Positions 27,432 through 37,595 of a stretch of DNA of 64,000 nt are shown piece by piece. The position numbers and the translations under genes are program-made. The stretch lies in the NCBI GenBank assembly GCA_965277805.1, contig OZ255842.1:1984001-2048000 (forward strand), given 5' to 3'. The notes below the pieces were generated by a model that saw only the letters and a list, made by a program, of their open reading frames with translations, was not told the DNA's origin and made no database searches. The DNA is from Candidatus Lustribacter sp. (GTDB taxonomy: Bacteria; Vulcanimicrobiota; Vulcanimicrobiia; Vulcanimicrobiales; Vulcanimicrobiaceae). Within the stretch, counting starts at the first letter, position 1, and each line of letters starts with the position of its first letter.

Positions 27432-30400
27432 ATGGACGACGAAGAGGAACAGCTCCGGGTTGTGCTGGAGGCGACGCCGATTGCCATCGTGGTCGGCGAC
27501 AGCCGCGGCACGATCGTGCTCGCGAACACGCACGCGCAGACGGTGTTCGGTTATACCGCCGATGAAATGATCGGACGCGATTCCAACGTGCTCGTACCGG
27601 AACGCTTCCAGGCTGCATTTGCCGGCCTGCGCGCTGAGTATCTCGCGGCGCCGGCCGGCCGGCCGATGGACCGCGGTAATGAACTCTACGGCTTGCGCAA
27701 AGACGGAAGCGAAGTTCCGATCGAGATCGGCCTCAACCCCGTGCGAACGCGCCGCGGGCAATACATTCTGGCCGCCATCATCGACATCTCGGAACGTTTA
27801 CTCGCCGAAGAGCGGACGCACAGCGAAGAGCAAATGCGTCTGGTCCTCGACGGTTCGGCCGACGCTATGCTCGTAACCGATGCCGGCGGCCGCATCACGC
27901 TCGTGAATAACCGCTTCGAGATGATGTTCGGCTACTTGCGGCCGGAGCTGTTGAAGAACTCGATCGAGATGCTGATTCCGGAACGTTTCCGCGAGGCTCA
28001 CCGGGCAGAACACGGCAACCAGCTCGGGCGACCCGGCGCGGGGCGCCGCGAGTTCTGGGGCCTGCACAAGGACGGCCGCGAAGTGTCGATCGAGGTCGGG
28101 CTTAGCCCCCTGAATACGACGCGCGGTGAGTACGTGCTCGCCTCTGTCGTCGACGTCACCGCCCGCAAGCGCGCCGAAGAAATACGGCTGGCCGATGTCG
28201 CGCACGCCGTCGAAATCAGCGCGCTCAATGCGGAAAAGGCCGTCGTCGAAAAATCGCTTGCGGGGTCGGAACGGCGCGTTCGCCGGCAATCCGGCCGGCT
28301 TGCATCCTTGTGGCGAATCGTCAATACGCCGAGCCTGCACGGCGCGGAACTGGTCGACGCGATGCTGCGCGAAGCCGCGACCGCCATCCGCCCCGGACAA
28401 GTCTACGCCGGCATGCTGGGCCATATCGAGGGAGCCGATTTCGTATTGGATGCCGTTGCCGGACAAGCCGGCAGCAACGACGCCGTTGCGACCGAGCGTA
28501 TTCTTCGCTTCGGCGAACGCGTCGACGTGAACGAAACGCTCCTCGCGCGCAATGTTGATGGCGCACGTACGCAAGCGTGGGACGATTGCCAAGCTCTTCC
28601 CGATCTGCCGCTGCGCGCACGGGAAGCCGGCTTACGCAGTCAAATCGTCACGCATTTCTTCGCAAACGGCGCAGCGTTCGTGCTCTGCCTGGCCTCGCTC
28701 GAGGCGCCCTCGGAGGTCCCGTTTGGACCGCCGGATTACGAGTATGTCGAAGTGTTGGCGTCGTTCTTCGCGCGCCACCTCGAACAGGAACGGCTGGAAG
28801 GCTCGTTGCGTGCCGCCGAGGCGCGTGCGCGACAGCATGCCGAACGCCTCGCGGCCCTGTGGCAAGTTGCCAACAACCCGCTCTTGCGCGGCCAAGACTT
28901 GCTCTTTTCCATGCTGCGCCAAGGGGCGTCTGCACTCCGGTCGCAGCAACGCTTCCAAGGCTTGCTCGGACGCATCGAAGGTGACGAGGTCGTGGTGATC
29001 GGCATCGGCGCGGAGTCCGGTACCAGAGGCGCGATCGCAAACGTAAGGATCGGCCGGCGCACACCGCTCGACGAAACGCTGGTTCCGAGCACCACCGGCA
29101 CCCGTGCGTGGGACGACATCTCAGCCCTAAGCACGGCGCCCCCGTCGCTGGCGTTCCTCGGCTGGCGGTCGGCAATTACGACGCAGTTTACCGCCGGCGC
29201 GTCGCAGTACTGGCTGATCTTCGGGTCGTCCGAACCGACGGCCACCTCGTTCGACGAGGAGGACCACGCCTATATCGACGTGCTCGCTTCGTCATTTGCA
29301 AACCAGCTCCAAGTCACCACCCTCGAAGGCTCGCTGACCGAAGAGGTGGAGCGATCGCGCCGGCACATCGAGCGGCTCGACGCGCTGCAAAGCATCGTGA
29401 ACAACCCGGACCTGCAACATGAGGAATTGCTGCAGGCCATGTTGGGTCAAGCCGCCGCCGCCATTCGGCCCGGCCAGAACTTCCGCGGCGTGCTCTGGTT
29501 CGTCGAAGGCTCGGAACTCACCATCAAAGCGGTCGCGTCGAGCCGGCCGATTCTCGATGAGTTCCCGCCGGTCGGAAACTCGATACCGATCGCACAAACC
29601 TTCATCGGTTCCGTCATCGAGGGCGGTCGCGGAACCCATTCGTGGAACCACATAAAAACCGCCGAGCGCAGCCGGCTCGCACGCCGGTATGACACGGAAT
29701 CGCTGATCGTAACAACCTTTCGGGCCGGGACGACCAGTTGGGGCCTCTCCTTCGCATCGAGCGAAGCGACGCCCGACCCCATCGGTTCCGAGGACTACGC
29801 CTACATGGAAGTCCTGGCGTCGTTCTTCGCCAATCATCTGCAACAGCGTTGGCAGTTCGAGCGGCTCGAGTACCACCAGGCGCACGACGTGCTCACGGGC
29901 CTGCTCAGCCGATCGCAGTTTCGTTCGCAAGCGCGCGCCGCCGCGGCGCACTGCCGGAGCTTCGCGATCATTCTCGTGAACATCGACGCGTTCCGCGAAG
30001 TCAACGAGGCGCGCGGCCACATGATCGGCGACGCAGTGCTCGTGGAAGTCGGCAATGCGCTCCGCCAGCGCGCGATCGGAGACGAGATCGTCGGCCGCAT
30101 CGAAGGCGACGTGTTCGGAATCTACGTTCCCGAACCGGTCTCCCTCAGCGCCGTTCACAGCCGCGCGCTCGACTACGCCGGCGTGTTCGCGGCGGCATTT
30201 TCGACCGGCGACCGGGCCGGCACCGATCTGATCGCGCGCACGGGAAGCCTCGGCATCGCGGTTGCGCCGGAAGACGGTACGCTCATCGATGCGGTGCTTC
30301 TGCGGGCCGGCACGGCGCTGGCGAATGCGAAAACGCGCGGACATGGCTCGGTGGTGTTTTACGAAGCGGGCATGGAGGGGGACGCGACGCGACGCACCGC

Positions 30401-31169
30401 CCTGCTGAACGAAATCGCCGAAGCCCTGGTCAAAGATCAGTTCGTGCTCTACTACCAGCCGCACGTTGAAATCAGCACCGGCAAGGTGACCGGGTGCGAA
30501 GCGCTGATCCGCTGGAACCATCCCACGCGGGGTCTGCTTTTGCCGAGCCACTTCATCCCGTTCGCCGAGGCCAACGGCGCGATCGCCAACATCGATGCCT
30601 GGGTGATGCGCAACGCGCTGGCCGGCGCGAACGAGTTGGCCGCGTTGCGCCCGGGTTTCCGCGTCTTCTTCAACCTGTCCGGACGCCAAGCCGGTAATTT
30701 GAAAATCATTCGCGAGTTTACCACGGCTGCTCGCAACGGCGTGACGCTGGCCAATATCGGGGTTGAAATCACCGAATCGGACGCGATGCGCGACGTCGAA
30801 GCGACCCGCCACGTCTGTCGCGCGCTCCGCCGGCTGAACATCCGCATCGCAATCGACGACTTCGGCACCGGCTACTCGTCGTTGTCGTTCCTCAAGCGGC
30901 TCCCGGTGGACGTGGTCAAGATCGATCGCAGCTTCATATCGGGAATCTTGACCGACCCGCACGATGCGACGATCGCCGAAACGATCATCGCGATCACCAA
31001 AAACTTCGGCTTCGATTCGCTGGCCGAAGGCGTGGAAGATTTCGCGGAAGCGGATTGGCTGCGCGAACGCGCGTGCCGCTACATGCAGGGTTTCGCCATT
31101 TGCCGCCCCCTGCCGCTCGAGGGCTTCAAACACTGGATCGACGCCCGCAACGAACGGGAAACGGCTTAG
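27432..31169 (+). CDS. PAS-PAS-(GAF-like)x3-GGDEF(degenerate)-EAL c-di-GMP phosphodiesterase
   Basis: Two PAS/PAC (GLRKDGSE, GLHKDGRE), HDVLTGL, RIEGDVF, YYQP..EALIRW, EITE, DDFGTGYSS, KIDRSF, AEGVE. Confidence 0.93.
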   Translation: MDDEEEQLRVVLEATPIAIVVGDSRGTIVLANTHAQTVFGYTADEMIGRDSNVLVPERFQAAFAGLRAEYLAAPAGRPMDRGNELYGLRKDGSEVPIEIGLNPVRTRRGQYILAAIIDISERLLAEERTHSEEQMRLVLDGSADAMLVTDAGGRITLVNNRFEMMFGYLRPELLKNSIEMLIPERFREAHRAEHGNQLGRPGAGRREFWGLHKDGREVSIEVGLSPLNTTRGEYVLASVVDVTARKRAEEIRLADVAHAVEISALNAEKAVVEKSLAGSERRVRRQSGRLASLWRIVNTPSLHGAELVDAMLREAATAIRPGQVYAGMLGHIEGADFVLDAVAGQAGSNDAVATERILRFGERVDVNETLLARNVDGARTQAWDDCQALPDLPLRAREAGLRSQIVTHFFANGAAFVLCLASLEAPSEVPFGPPDYEYVEVLASFFARHLEQERLEGSLRAAEARARQHAERLAALWQVANNPLLRGQDLLFSMLRQGASALRSQQRFQGLLGRIEGDEVVVIGIGAESGTRGAIANVRIGRRTPLDETLVPSTTGTRAWDDISALSTAPPSLAFLGWRSAITTQFTAGASQYWLIFGSSEPTATSFDEEDHAYIDVLASSFANQLQVTTLEGSLTEEVERSRRHIERLDALQSIVNNPDLQHEELLQAMLGQAAAAIRPGQNFRGVLWFVEGSELTIKAVASSRPILDEFPPVGNSIPIAQTFIGSVIEGGRGTHSWNHIKTAERSRLARRYDTESLIVTTFRAGTTSWGLSFASSEATPDPIGSEDYAYMEVLASFFANHLQQRWQFERLEYHQAHDVLTGLLSRSQFRSQARAAAAHCRSFAIILVNIDAFREVNEARGHMIGDAVLVEVGNALRQRAIGDEIVGRIEGDVFGIYVPEPVSLSAVHSRALDYAGVFAAAFSTGDRAGTDLIARTGSLGIAVAPEDGTLIDAVLLRAGTALANAKTRGHGSVVFYEAGMEGDATRRTALLNEIAEALVKDQFVLYYQPHVEISTGKVTGCEALIRWNHPTRGLLLPSHFIPFAEANGAIANIDAWVMRNALAGANELAALRPGFRVFFNLSGRQAGNLKIIREFTTAARNGVTLANIGVEITESDAMRDVEATRHVCRALRRLNIRIAIDDFGTGYSSLSFLKRLPVDVVKIDRSFISGILTDPHDATIAETIIAITKNFGFDSLAEGVEDFAEADWLRERACRYMQGFAICRPLPLEGFKHWIDARNERETA

Positions 31170-32971
31170 CCGGCGAGCGCCTCGAGCGCAGCCGTCGCCC
31201 GTTCCCACGCTTCGAACGCCCGCTCGCTCTCCATCCGCACCCGGTCGAGTTCGAGCTGCAACGTGATCACCGCCGACGGATCTGCGTACAGGTCCGATGC
31301 CGCGAACCGCGCCTCGAGCCGCGCTTTCTCCGCATCCAGGTCCGCGACGCGCTTCTCCGCATCGAGCACGGCGCGCTTGCGCCGGCCCGCGTCGAGCTTC
31401 GCCTCGTGCGCGGCACGCTTGCCGTTCTGCCCGCCCTTCGCACCCGGCCGCGCATCGTTCGACGTCGCCGCCGTCGGCAACGTGTGCTGGCGCTGCTCGT
31501 AGGTCTCGTAATCGCCGTCGACGATCGTCGCGTGTCCGTCGCGTATCGCGATCACGCGTTCCGCCAAGCGTTTGAGCAAATACCGGTCGTGCGACACGAC
31601 GAACAGCGCCCCGTCGTACGAAGCGAGCACGTCTTCGAGCGCTTCGCGGCTGGGAATGTCCAGATCGTTCGTCGGCTCATCGAGAAACAGACAATCGGCG
31701 CGCTGCGCCATCAACCGCGCGAGCATGATGCGCCGCCGCTCGCCGCCGCTGAACGCCTCCACCGGCTTGTCGACCGCATCGCCGCCGAGGTTCAAGCGCC
31801 CGAGCAGCGAGCGCGCTTCCTCGCCGGTCACGCCCATCTGCTGTACGGCATCCGCCGCCGACATGCCGGCCGGCAGATCGTCGACCGAACTCTGCGAATA
31901 CGCTGCCGTCGTGAGACCGACGCCGTAGCGCACGCTCCCCTTGTCCGGCGTCATGTCGCCGGAGATGATGCGCAAGAGCGTCGTCTTCCCCGCGCCGTTC
32001 GGGCCGACGATCGCCACGCTCTCGCCGCGCGCGAACTTCGCGTTAACGTTTGCGAACAGCGGCTCCGTATAGGCCTTCGCCACATTGACCAGCTCGATCG
32101 CGATCCCGGTCGTCGCCTTGCGCGCCGCGGTCAGCGCCACGGAGATCGAACGCCGCTCCTTGCGCGGCGCATCGAGGACGTCCACCCGATCCAGCGCCTT
32201 CTCGCGCGAGCGCACGTGCGAGTAGTTGTGCGACCCGTGCGTGCGCAGTTCCGCGATCACCGCCCGCTGCCGCTCGCGCTCCGACATCGCCGCATCGTAG
32301 GCGCGCTGCTGCTGCGCGCGGCGTTCGGCGCGCTGCGCAACGAACTCGGTATACGCCTTCCCCGGCGTCACCGCATACTCGACGAGCTCGCCCGCGTCCA
32401 GCTCCCAGATCTTCGAACAGACGGTCTCGAGGAAGTACCGGTCGTGCGACACGATCACGTACGTGCGCGTATCGCGCGCGACGAACGTTTCGAGCCAGCG
32501 CACGGTGTCGAGATCCAGATGGTTCGTCGGCTCGTCGAGAATCAGCCAGTCGGGTTCTTCGAGCAGCGTGCGCGCCAGCAGCGCGCGCGTGCGCTGTCCG
32601 CCGGAGAACTCGCTCAGCGGCCGCTCGAGATCGCTCTCCGCGAAGTTGAAGCGATTGAGCGTCGCACGCATCTCCCACTCGTGCGCCGAGCCGCGCGTCA
32701 GCGCTTCGTCGAACGCCGCGCGCAGCGTCTGCGGGCCGCTCTCGGCCGCGTCTTGCGCGAGGTAGCCGAAGCGCGTTTCGCGCGCGCGTGCAATGGTGCC
32801 GTCGTCGGGGCGGTCGATCCCCGCAAGCAAGCGCACCAGCGTCGATTTGCCGGCGCCGTTCGGGCCGACCAAACCGATCTTCTCGTTGTCGCGGATGACG
32901 CCGGAAAGATTGCGGAAGACCTCCTTCGCGCCGAAATGCCGCTCGAGGCCGGTAAAGCGAAGTAGTTCCAT
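31166..32971 (-). CDS. ABC-F family ATP-binding protein
   Basis: Two NBDs (GPNGAGKS/FSGGQ/DEPTNHLD and GPNGAGKT/FSGGE/DEPTNDLD), C-terminal coiled coil; start MELLRF at 32971. Confidence 0.94.
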   Translation of the reverse strand: MELLRFTGLERHFGAKEVFRNLSGVIRDNEKIGLVGPNGAGKSTLVRLLAGIDRPDDGTIARARETRFGYLAQDAAESGPQTLRAAFDEALTRGSAHEWEMRATLNRFNFAESDLERPLSEFSGGQRTRALLARTLLEEPDWLILDEPTNHLDLDTVRWLETFVARDTRTYVIVSHDRYFLETVCSKIWELDAGELVEYAVTPGKAYTEFVAQRAERRAQQQRAYDAAMSERERQRAVIAELRTHGSHNYSHVRSREKALDRVDVLDAPRKERRSISVALTAARKATTGIAIELVNVAKAYTEPLFANVNAKFARGESVAIVGPNGAGKTTLLRIISGDMTPDKGSVRYGVGLTTAAYSQSSVDDLPAGMSAADAVQQMGVTGEEARSLLGRLNLGGDAVDKPVEAFSGGERRRIMLARLMAQRADCLFLDEPTNDLDIPSREALEDVLASYDGALFVVSHDRYLLKRLAERVIAIRDGHATIVDGDYETYEQRQHTLPTAATSNDARPGAKGGQNGKRAAHEAKLDAGRRKRAVLDAEKRVADLDAEKARLEARFAASDLYADPSAVITLQLELDRVRMESERAFEAWERATAALEALAG

Positions 32972-33037
32972 CGGTAGGTATACGTAACGTTCACGTGCGA
33001 GCAGTATTTTGCCTTCGCACGGGCGCATTGAGCCGCC

Positions 33038-34525
33038 ATGGTGACGGCCCGGATGAACCCGCGAACGATCGTATTCAGCGCCATGCTGCTCGCGATCTTC
33101 ATCGTGGCCGTGGAAGCGACAATCGTCGCAACCGCGCTCCCGACGATCGTCGGCGACCTCGGCGGCTTGCGTTACTTCAGTTGGGTGTTCGGCGCGTACT
33201 TGCTCACGCAAGCGGTAACGATCCCGATCTACGGCCGGCTCGCCGATTTCTTCGGCCGCAAGACGCTGCTGATCATCGCGATCCTGATCTTCCTCACCGG
33301 CTCGATCCTTTGTGGGTTCGCCCACAACATGCTCGAGTTGATTCTCTTCCGCGCGCTGCAAGGGATCGGCGCCGGCGGCGTGCAGCCGGTGTCGACCACC
33401 ATCGTCGGCGATCTCTATATCGGCCGCGACCGCGCCCGTGCCCAAGGCTATATGTCGACGACGTGGGCCTTCGCGGCGATCATCGGGCCGCTGCTCGGTG
33501 CGTTCATCATCCAGCACTACGGCTGGCCCGTGATCTTCTGGCTGAACGTGCCGGTCGGCCTTGCGTGCATCGCCGTGGCGGTCAACGCGTATCACGAAAC
33601 GATCCAGCGCGTCGCGCACCAGATCGACTACCTCGGCTCGGCCTTGCTCGCAATCGGCGTCGGCGGCTTGATGTACGTGCTGGTCGACGCCGGCAACATG
33701 CCGCTCGCAGCCGCCCTTCCGCTCGCCGGCGTCGCCCTCGTTGCGTTGGCGCTGCTCATCCGTCACGAACTGCGCACGGCCGAACCGATGATGCCCTTCT
33801 CGCTCTATCGCATTCGCGTGATCGCGATCGCCAACATCGGCAATGTGTTCATCGGCGCGATGGTCATGGGCATCTCGACGTTCTTGCCGACCTTCATCGA
33901 AGGCGCGATGAGCCGCTCTGCCGTCGACGCGGGCATCGCGATCGGCGCGCTCTTCGTCGGCTGGACGCCGGGGTCGATCTTCGGCGCGCGCTTTCAGCTG
34001 CGGTTCAGCTTTCGCTGGGTCGCGCTCGCCGGCAGCGTGCCGCTGCTGATCGGCGCCGCCATTCTCGCCACGCTCAACGTGAGTTCGGATTTCACGCTGA
34101 TCTGCGCCGCGCTCGGGATCTTGGGTTTCGGCTTCGGCCTCTTCAACAGCGTGTTCGTCGTCGCGACGCAAGGCGCCGTCGACTGGAGCATGCGCGGCTC
34201 CGCAACGTCATCGCTCATCTTCATGCGCCAAATCGGGCAAGCCGTGGGCACCGCAAGCTTTGGAGCGGTGTTCAACCTCGGCCTGTATTCGCGCGTGCCC
34301 GAGGCAGGCGGCGTCGTCGCGACCCTGATCGATCCCGCGCACCGGGCCGCAATCCCGGCCGCCGAACTCGCACGCCTCACCGGCGCCATCGCCGATTCGC
34401 TGCACTACGTTTACTTGATCATCTTCGGTCTCGCGGCCGTTATGGCCGGCCTCGCGATCGTGTTGCCGTCGGGGCTGCGCGCCGCGCATGCGCCCGCGCC
34501 GGTGCAAGGCAGCCAATCGACTTAA
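33038..34525 (+). CDS. MFS transporter, DHA2/EmrB-QacA-like
   Basis: TIVATALPTI, GRLADFFGRK, RALQGIGAG, WLNVPVG. Confidence 0.93.
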   Translation: MVTARMNPRTIVFSAMLLAIFIVAVEATIVATALPTIVGDLGGLRYFSWVFGAYLLTQAVTIPIYGRLADFFGRKTLLIIAILIFLTGSILCGFAHNMLELILFRALQGIGAGGVQPVSTTIVGDLYIGRDRARAQGYMSTTWAFAAIIGPLLGAFIIQHYGWPVIFWLNVPVGLACIAVAVNAYHETIQRVAHQIDYLGSALLAIGVGGLMYVLVDAGNMPLAAALPLAGVALVALALLIRHELRTAEPMMPFSLYRIRVIAIANIGNVFIGAMVMGISTFLPTFIEGAMSRSAVDAGIAIGALFVGWTPGSIFGARFQLRFSFRWVALAGSVPLLIGAAILATLNVSSDFTLICAALGILGFGFGLFNSVFVVATQGAVDWSMRGSATSSLIFMRQIGQAVGTASFGAVFNLGLYSRVPEAGGVVATLIDPAHRAAIPAAELARLTGAIADSLHYVYLIIFGLAAVMAGLAIVLPSGLRAAHAPAPVQGSQST

Positions 34526-34540
34526 GCGAAAGCCCCTCGC

Positions 34541-35485
34541 ATGAAGCGTCATCATGCGTTGCGTTTGGCCGGCGCGGCCGGCCTCGCGCCCCTGCTGCCG
34601 GCAGCGGCGGCATCCGCGGCCGACGCGATCCGCGTCATCGGTTTGCCGATCGACACCGGCCTCGAAGTGCAGTACGCACAAGCCGCAGGCCTCGTCGACC
34701 AAAGCGGCCTCAGCCTGCAAGTGCAAACGCTCTATGCGGGCGCTGCCGTGCAAGCCGCGGTGGCCGGCGGGTCGGCCGACATCGGGCTTACCAACGTCAG
34801 CTCGCTCGCAACGGCGCGTGAAAAGGGCCTGCCGCTCGTGATGATCGCGCCGGCCGCGCTCTACACGGCGAAAGAACCGTCATCGGTGATGATGGTCGCG
34901 ACCGACTCGCCGTTTCGTACCGCACGCGACCTCAACGGCAAGACGATCGCCGTCAACGGCCTCAAGAGCATCTCGCAACTCGGACCGGAAATCTGGATCG
35001 ACAAGAACGGCGGCGATTCCACCACCGTTAAATTCATCGACATGCCGTTTGCCGAAATGCCGCAAGCGCTCGCCGTGCACCGCATCGACGCCGCGCTGCT
35101 CGCCGAACCGCAAGCGACCACCGCGAAGAAAGAAGCTCGCGTCTTCGCTCCCGTCTACGACGCGATCGGCACCCGCTTCCTCATCACGGCGTGGTTCTCA
35201 ACCGCCGCGTGGGTGTCGGCGAACCCCGATCTTGCGCGCAAATTCGCGGCGCTGATCTATCGCGCAGCCGCCTGGTCGAACACGCACCGTGCGCAAACGG
35301 CGGACGTGCTGATCGGCGTCACCAAACTCGATCCTGCGATCGTGGCCGCGATGCCGCGCGTCGTATTCGACGAAGCCGCCGATCCGGCCGCGATGAAGCC
35401 GCATCTCGATGCCGCCTTGAAATACGGCCTCATCACCAGGCCCGTCACGCCGCTCGACCTTTTCGCCCCCGAACTTCGGAAGTAG
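34541..35485 (+). CDS. ABC substrate-binding protein, NMT1/SsuA type
   Basis: GGSADIG, RDLNGKTIAV, AALKYG. Confidence 0.88.
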   Translation: MKRHHALRLAGAAGLAPLLPAAAASAADAIRVIGLPIDTGLEVQYAQAAGLVDQSGLSLQVQTLYAGAAVQAAVAGGSADIGLTNVSSLATAREKGLPLVMIAPAALYTAKEPSSVMMVATDSPFRTARDLNGKTIAVNGLKSISQLGPEIWIDKNGGDSTTVKFIDMPFAEMPQALAVHRIDAALLAEPQATTAKKEARVFAPVYDAIGTRFLITAWFSTAAWVSANPDLARKFAALIYRAAAWSNTHRAQTADVLIGVTKLDPAIVAAMPRVVFDEAADPAAMKPHLDAALKYGLITRPVTPLDLFAPELRK

Positions 35486-35495
35486 GACAGCCATC

Positions 35496-36446
35496 ATGCC
35501 CATCAACCGTTCCGCCGCCCTCGCACTTCTCGCCGGCGGCGTACTCGCCGCGACGCGTCCCGCCGCAGCTCAGGCCGATCTGCCGCTCGTGCGCGTCGGC
35601 GCCGATCCGATCGACTCGTTCGGCGAGGCGTACTTCGGCGCCGAACGCGGCATCTTCCGCGATAACGGCGTGAACGCGCAGATCAGCACGTTCCCGAACG
35701 GGTCGACGATCGTCCAGGGCGTCATCGGCGGCGACCTCGATGTAGGCCTCGCCAACATCGTGCAAATTGCCTCCGGCATCGCGCACGGCATTCCGTTCCA
35801 GATGATCGCCCCGGCCGCGCTCTACTCCGCCAAACACGCGTACTCGCACTTGTGCGTGGCGAAGAACTCGCCGCTGCAAACGGCCAAGGACCTCGACGGC
35901 GCGACGATCGCGGTTTCGACGCTCAACGATTTCAATCAGCTCGGCGTCGTCGCGTGGCTCGAACACAACAACATCCCCGCCTCGCGCGTGAAGTTCGTCG
36001 AACTGAAGTTCCCCGAGATGGGCGCCGCACTGCAGCGCGGCACGATCGCGGCCGCGACGATCGCCGAACCCTCGCTGAGCGCCGCGCTTCACGACGGCCA
36101 AGCGCGCCTCTTCGCCGACGTCTACGCCGTGATCGCCCCCGAATTCGCCAACATCGTCTGGTTCAGCACCAAGCCGTGGCTGCAAGCGAACGCCGCGACC
36201 GCGAAGAAATTCATCGCCGGCATCTACGCCACGGCGCGCTGGGCGAACACGCATCAAGCCGACTCGGCCGGCATCATCGCCAAAGTCGCGAAACTGGAAC
36301 CGTCGGCCGTCGCGCTGATGACGCGCGCCTGGTTCGCCACGTCGAGCGATCCGAAGTACGTGGCCGCACCGCTCGATTTCTCGTTCAAGTACGGCCTTTT
36401 GCCGCGCGCCGTCAGCACCGCCGAATTCATCGCGCCCGGGACGTAA
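35496..36446 (+). CDS. ABC substrate-binding protein, NMT1/SsuA type
   Basis: GGDLDVG, KDLDGATIAV, FKYG; paralogous to the previous gene. Confidence 0.88.
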   Translation: MPINRSAALALLAGGVLAATRPAAAQADLPLVRVGADPIDSFGEAYFGAERGIFRDNGVNAQISTFPNGSTIVQGVIGGDLDVGLANIVQIASGIAHGIPFQMIAPAALYSAKHAYSHLCVAKNSPLQTAKDLDGATIAVSTLNDFNQLGVVAWLEHNNIPASRVKFVELKFPEMGAALQRGTIAAATIAEPSLSAALHDGQARLFADVYAVIAPEFANIVWFSTKPWLQANAATAKKFIAGIYATARWANTHQADSAGIIAKVAKLEPSAVALMTRAWFATSSDPKYVAAPLDFSFKYGLLPRAVSTAEFIAPGT

Positions 36447-36491
36447 CAAAAGTCCGAAAGGCGCCCTGGAGGGCTACTGAAAGAGCGGGGA

Positions 36492-37502
36492 ATGAATCGA
36501 TCGATTTCCCGCACCGCCGTTCTCCGCGCCGCCGGCGCCGCCGTTGCCGCCGCATCCATTCCAAACGTAGCGTCGGCGCAAGCTACGCCGCGATCCGTTG
36601 CCGTGGGCTTGACCTCCAAGACCGCCAGCGACTGGTCGGTCTACGTCGCGAACCAAATGGGCTTCTTTGAGAAGAACGCCGTCAAGCCCGATCTCATCAT
36701 CACCGGTTCCTCAGCGGCGAACGCGCAGCAACTGACGGCCGGTTCGGTCGACATCGGCGAAGTCTCGACGACGCAAATCATCGAAGCGATCCTCGGTGGC
36801 GCCCCGATCGTCAGCTTCCTCAACCGGAGCAACAACGCGCCCTATCTCATCCTCGGAAAGAAGGGCCTTTCGTCGGTCGCGCAACTGCGCGGAAAAACGA
36901 TTATCGTCGGCGGCCCGAACGACATCACGCTCGTGTTCATGAACACCGTGCTCGCGGCGTACAAGATGACGCCCGACGACGTCACGTATACGTTTGCCGG
37001 CGGAACCGGGGAGCGCTTCGCCGCGCTGCTTTCGGGCACGGTGGATGCGGCGATCTTGTTGCCGCCGTTCTCGTTCCGCGCTTCGAGTGCGGGCTATCCC
37101 GTCCTCGACCGCGTGCAAAAGTATTTCCCGGTCTTTCCGTTTGACACGTTCTCCGTGCGCACCGATTTCGCGAAGAAGAATCCCGACGTCGTCACCGCGT
37201 ACGCAAAGTCGATATTGCAAGGCGTCGCCTGGCTGTACAACCCGGCGAATAGATCCAAAGCGATCTCCATCTTGGCCGATGAAACCAACGTGTCGGCCGA
37301 CGATTCCGCGAAGACGTACGACTTCTTCATCACGCAAGCGCAGTATTACAACCGGAGCGGCGTGATGTCGAACAGCGATCTCGCTCCGGTGATCAGCGCG
37401 TTGCTGAAGACCAACCAGCTCAAACCGCCGGCGCCGGATCCGGCGCGTTTCTACGATAATTCCTTTGTCGTCAAAGCAAATGCGGAATTGAAGCGCCGAT
37501 AG
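36492..37502 (+). CDS. ABC substrate-binding protein, NMT1/SsuA type
   Basis: GFFEKNAV, AGSVDIG, QLRGKTI, RFAALLSGTVDA. Confidence 0.88.
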   Translation: MNRSISRTAVLRAAGAAVAAASIPNVASAQATPRSVAVGLTSKTASDWSVYVANQMGFFEKNAVKPDLIITGSSAANAQQLTAGSVDIGEVSTTQIIEAILGGAPIVSFLNRSNNAPYLILGKKGLSSVAQLRGKTIIVGGPNDITLVFMNTVLAAYKMTPDDVTYTFAGGTGERFAALLSGTVDAAILLPPFSFRASSAGYPVLDRVQKYFPVFPFDTFSVRTDFAKKNPDVVTAYAKSILQGVAWLYNPANRSKAISILADETNVSADDSAKTYDFFITQAQYYNRSGVMSNSDLAPVISALLKTNQLKPPAPDPARFYDNSFVVKANAELKRR

Positions 37503-37595
37503 TCCGCTTGGCCAATATCCCGCGCTTTCGCTTTGCCTTTCGCCGAACGCAATACCCAGGCGTGGACGAAGCGCGATCGTGAATACCAAACGACG

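Noticed and set aside
29292..32965. Long ORFs 29292-31208 (-) and 31055-32965 (+)
   Set aside because: Antisense shadows of the EAL and ABC-F genes
32972..34171. 1001-aa ABC-F fusion
   Set aside because: The first 400 aa are antisense to the MFS gene; the real start is 32971
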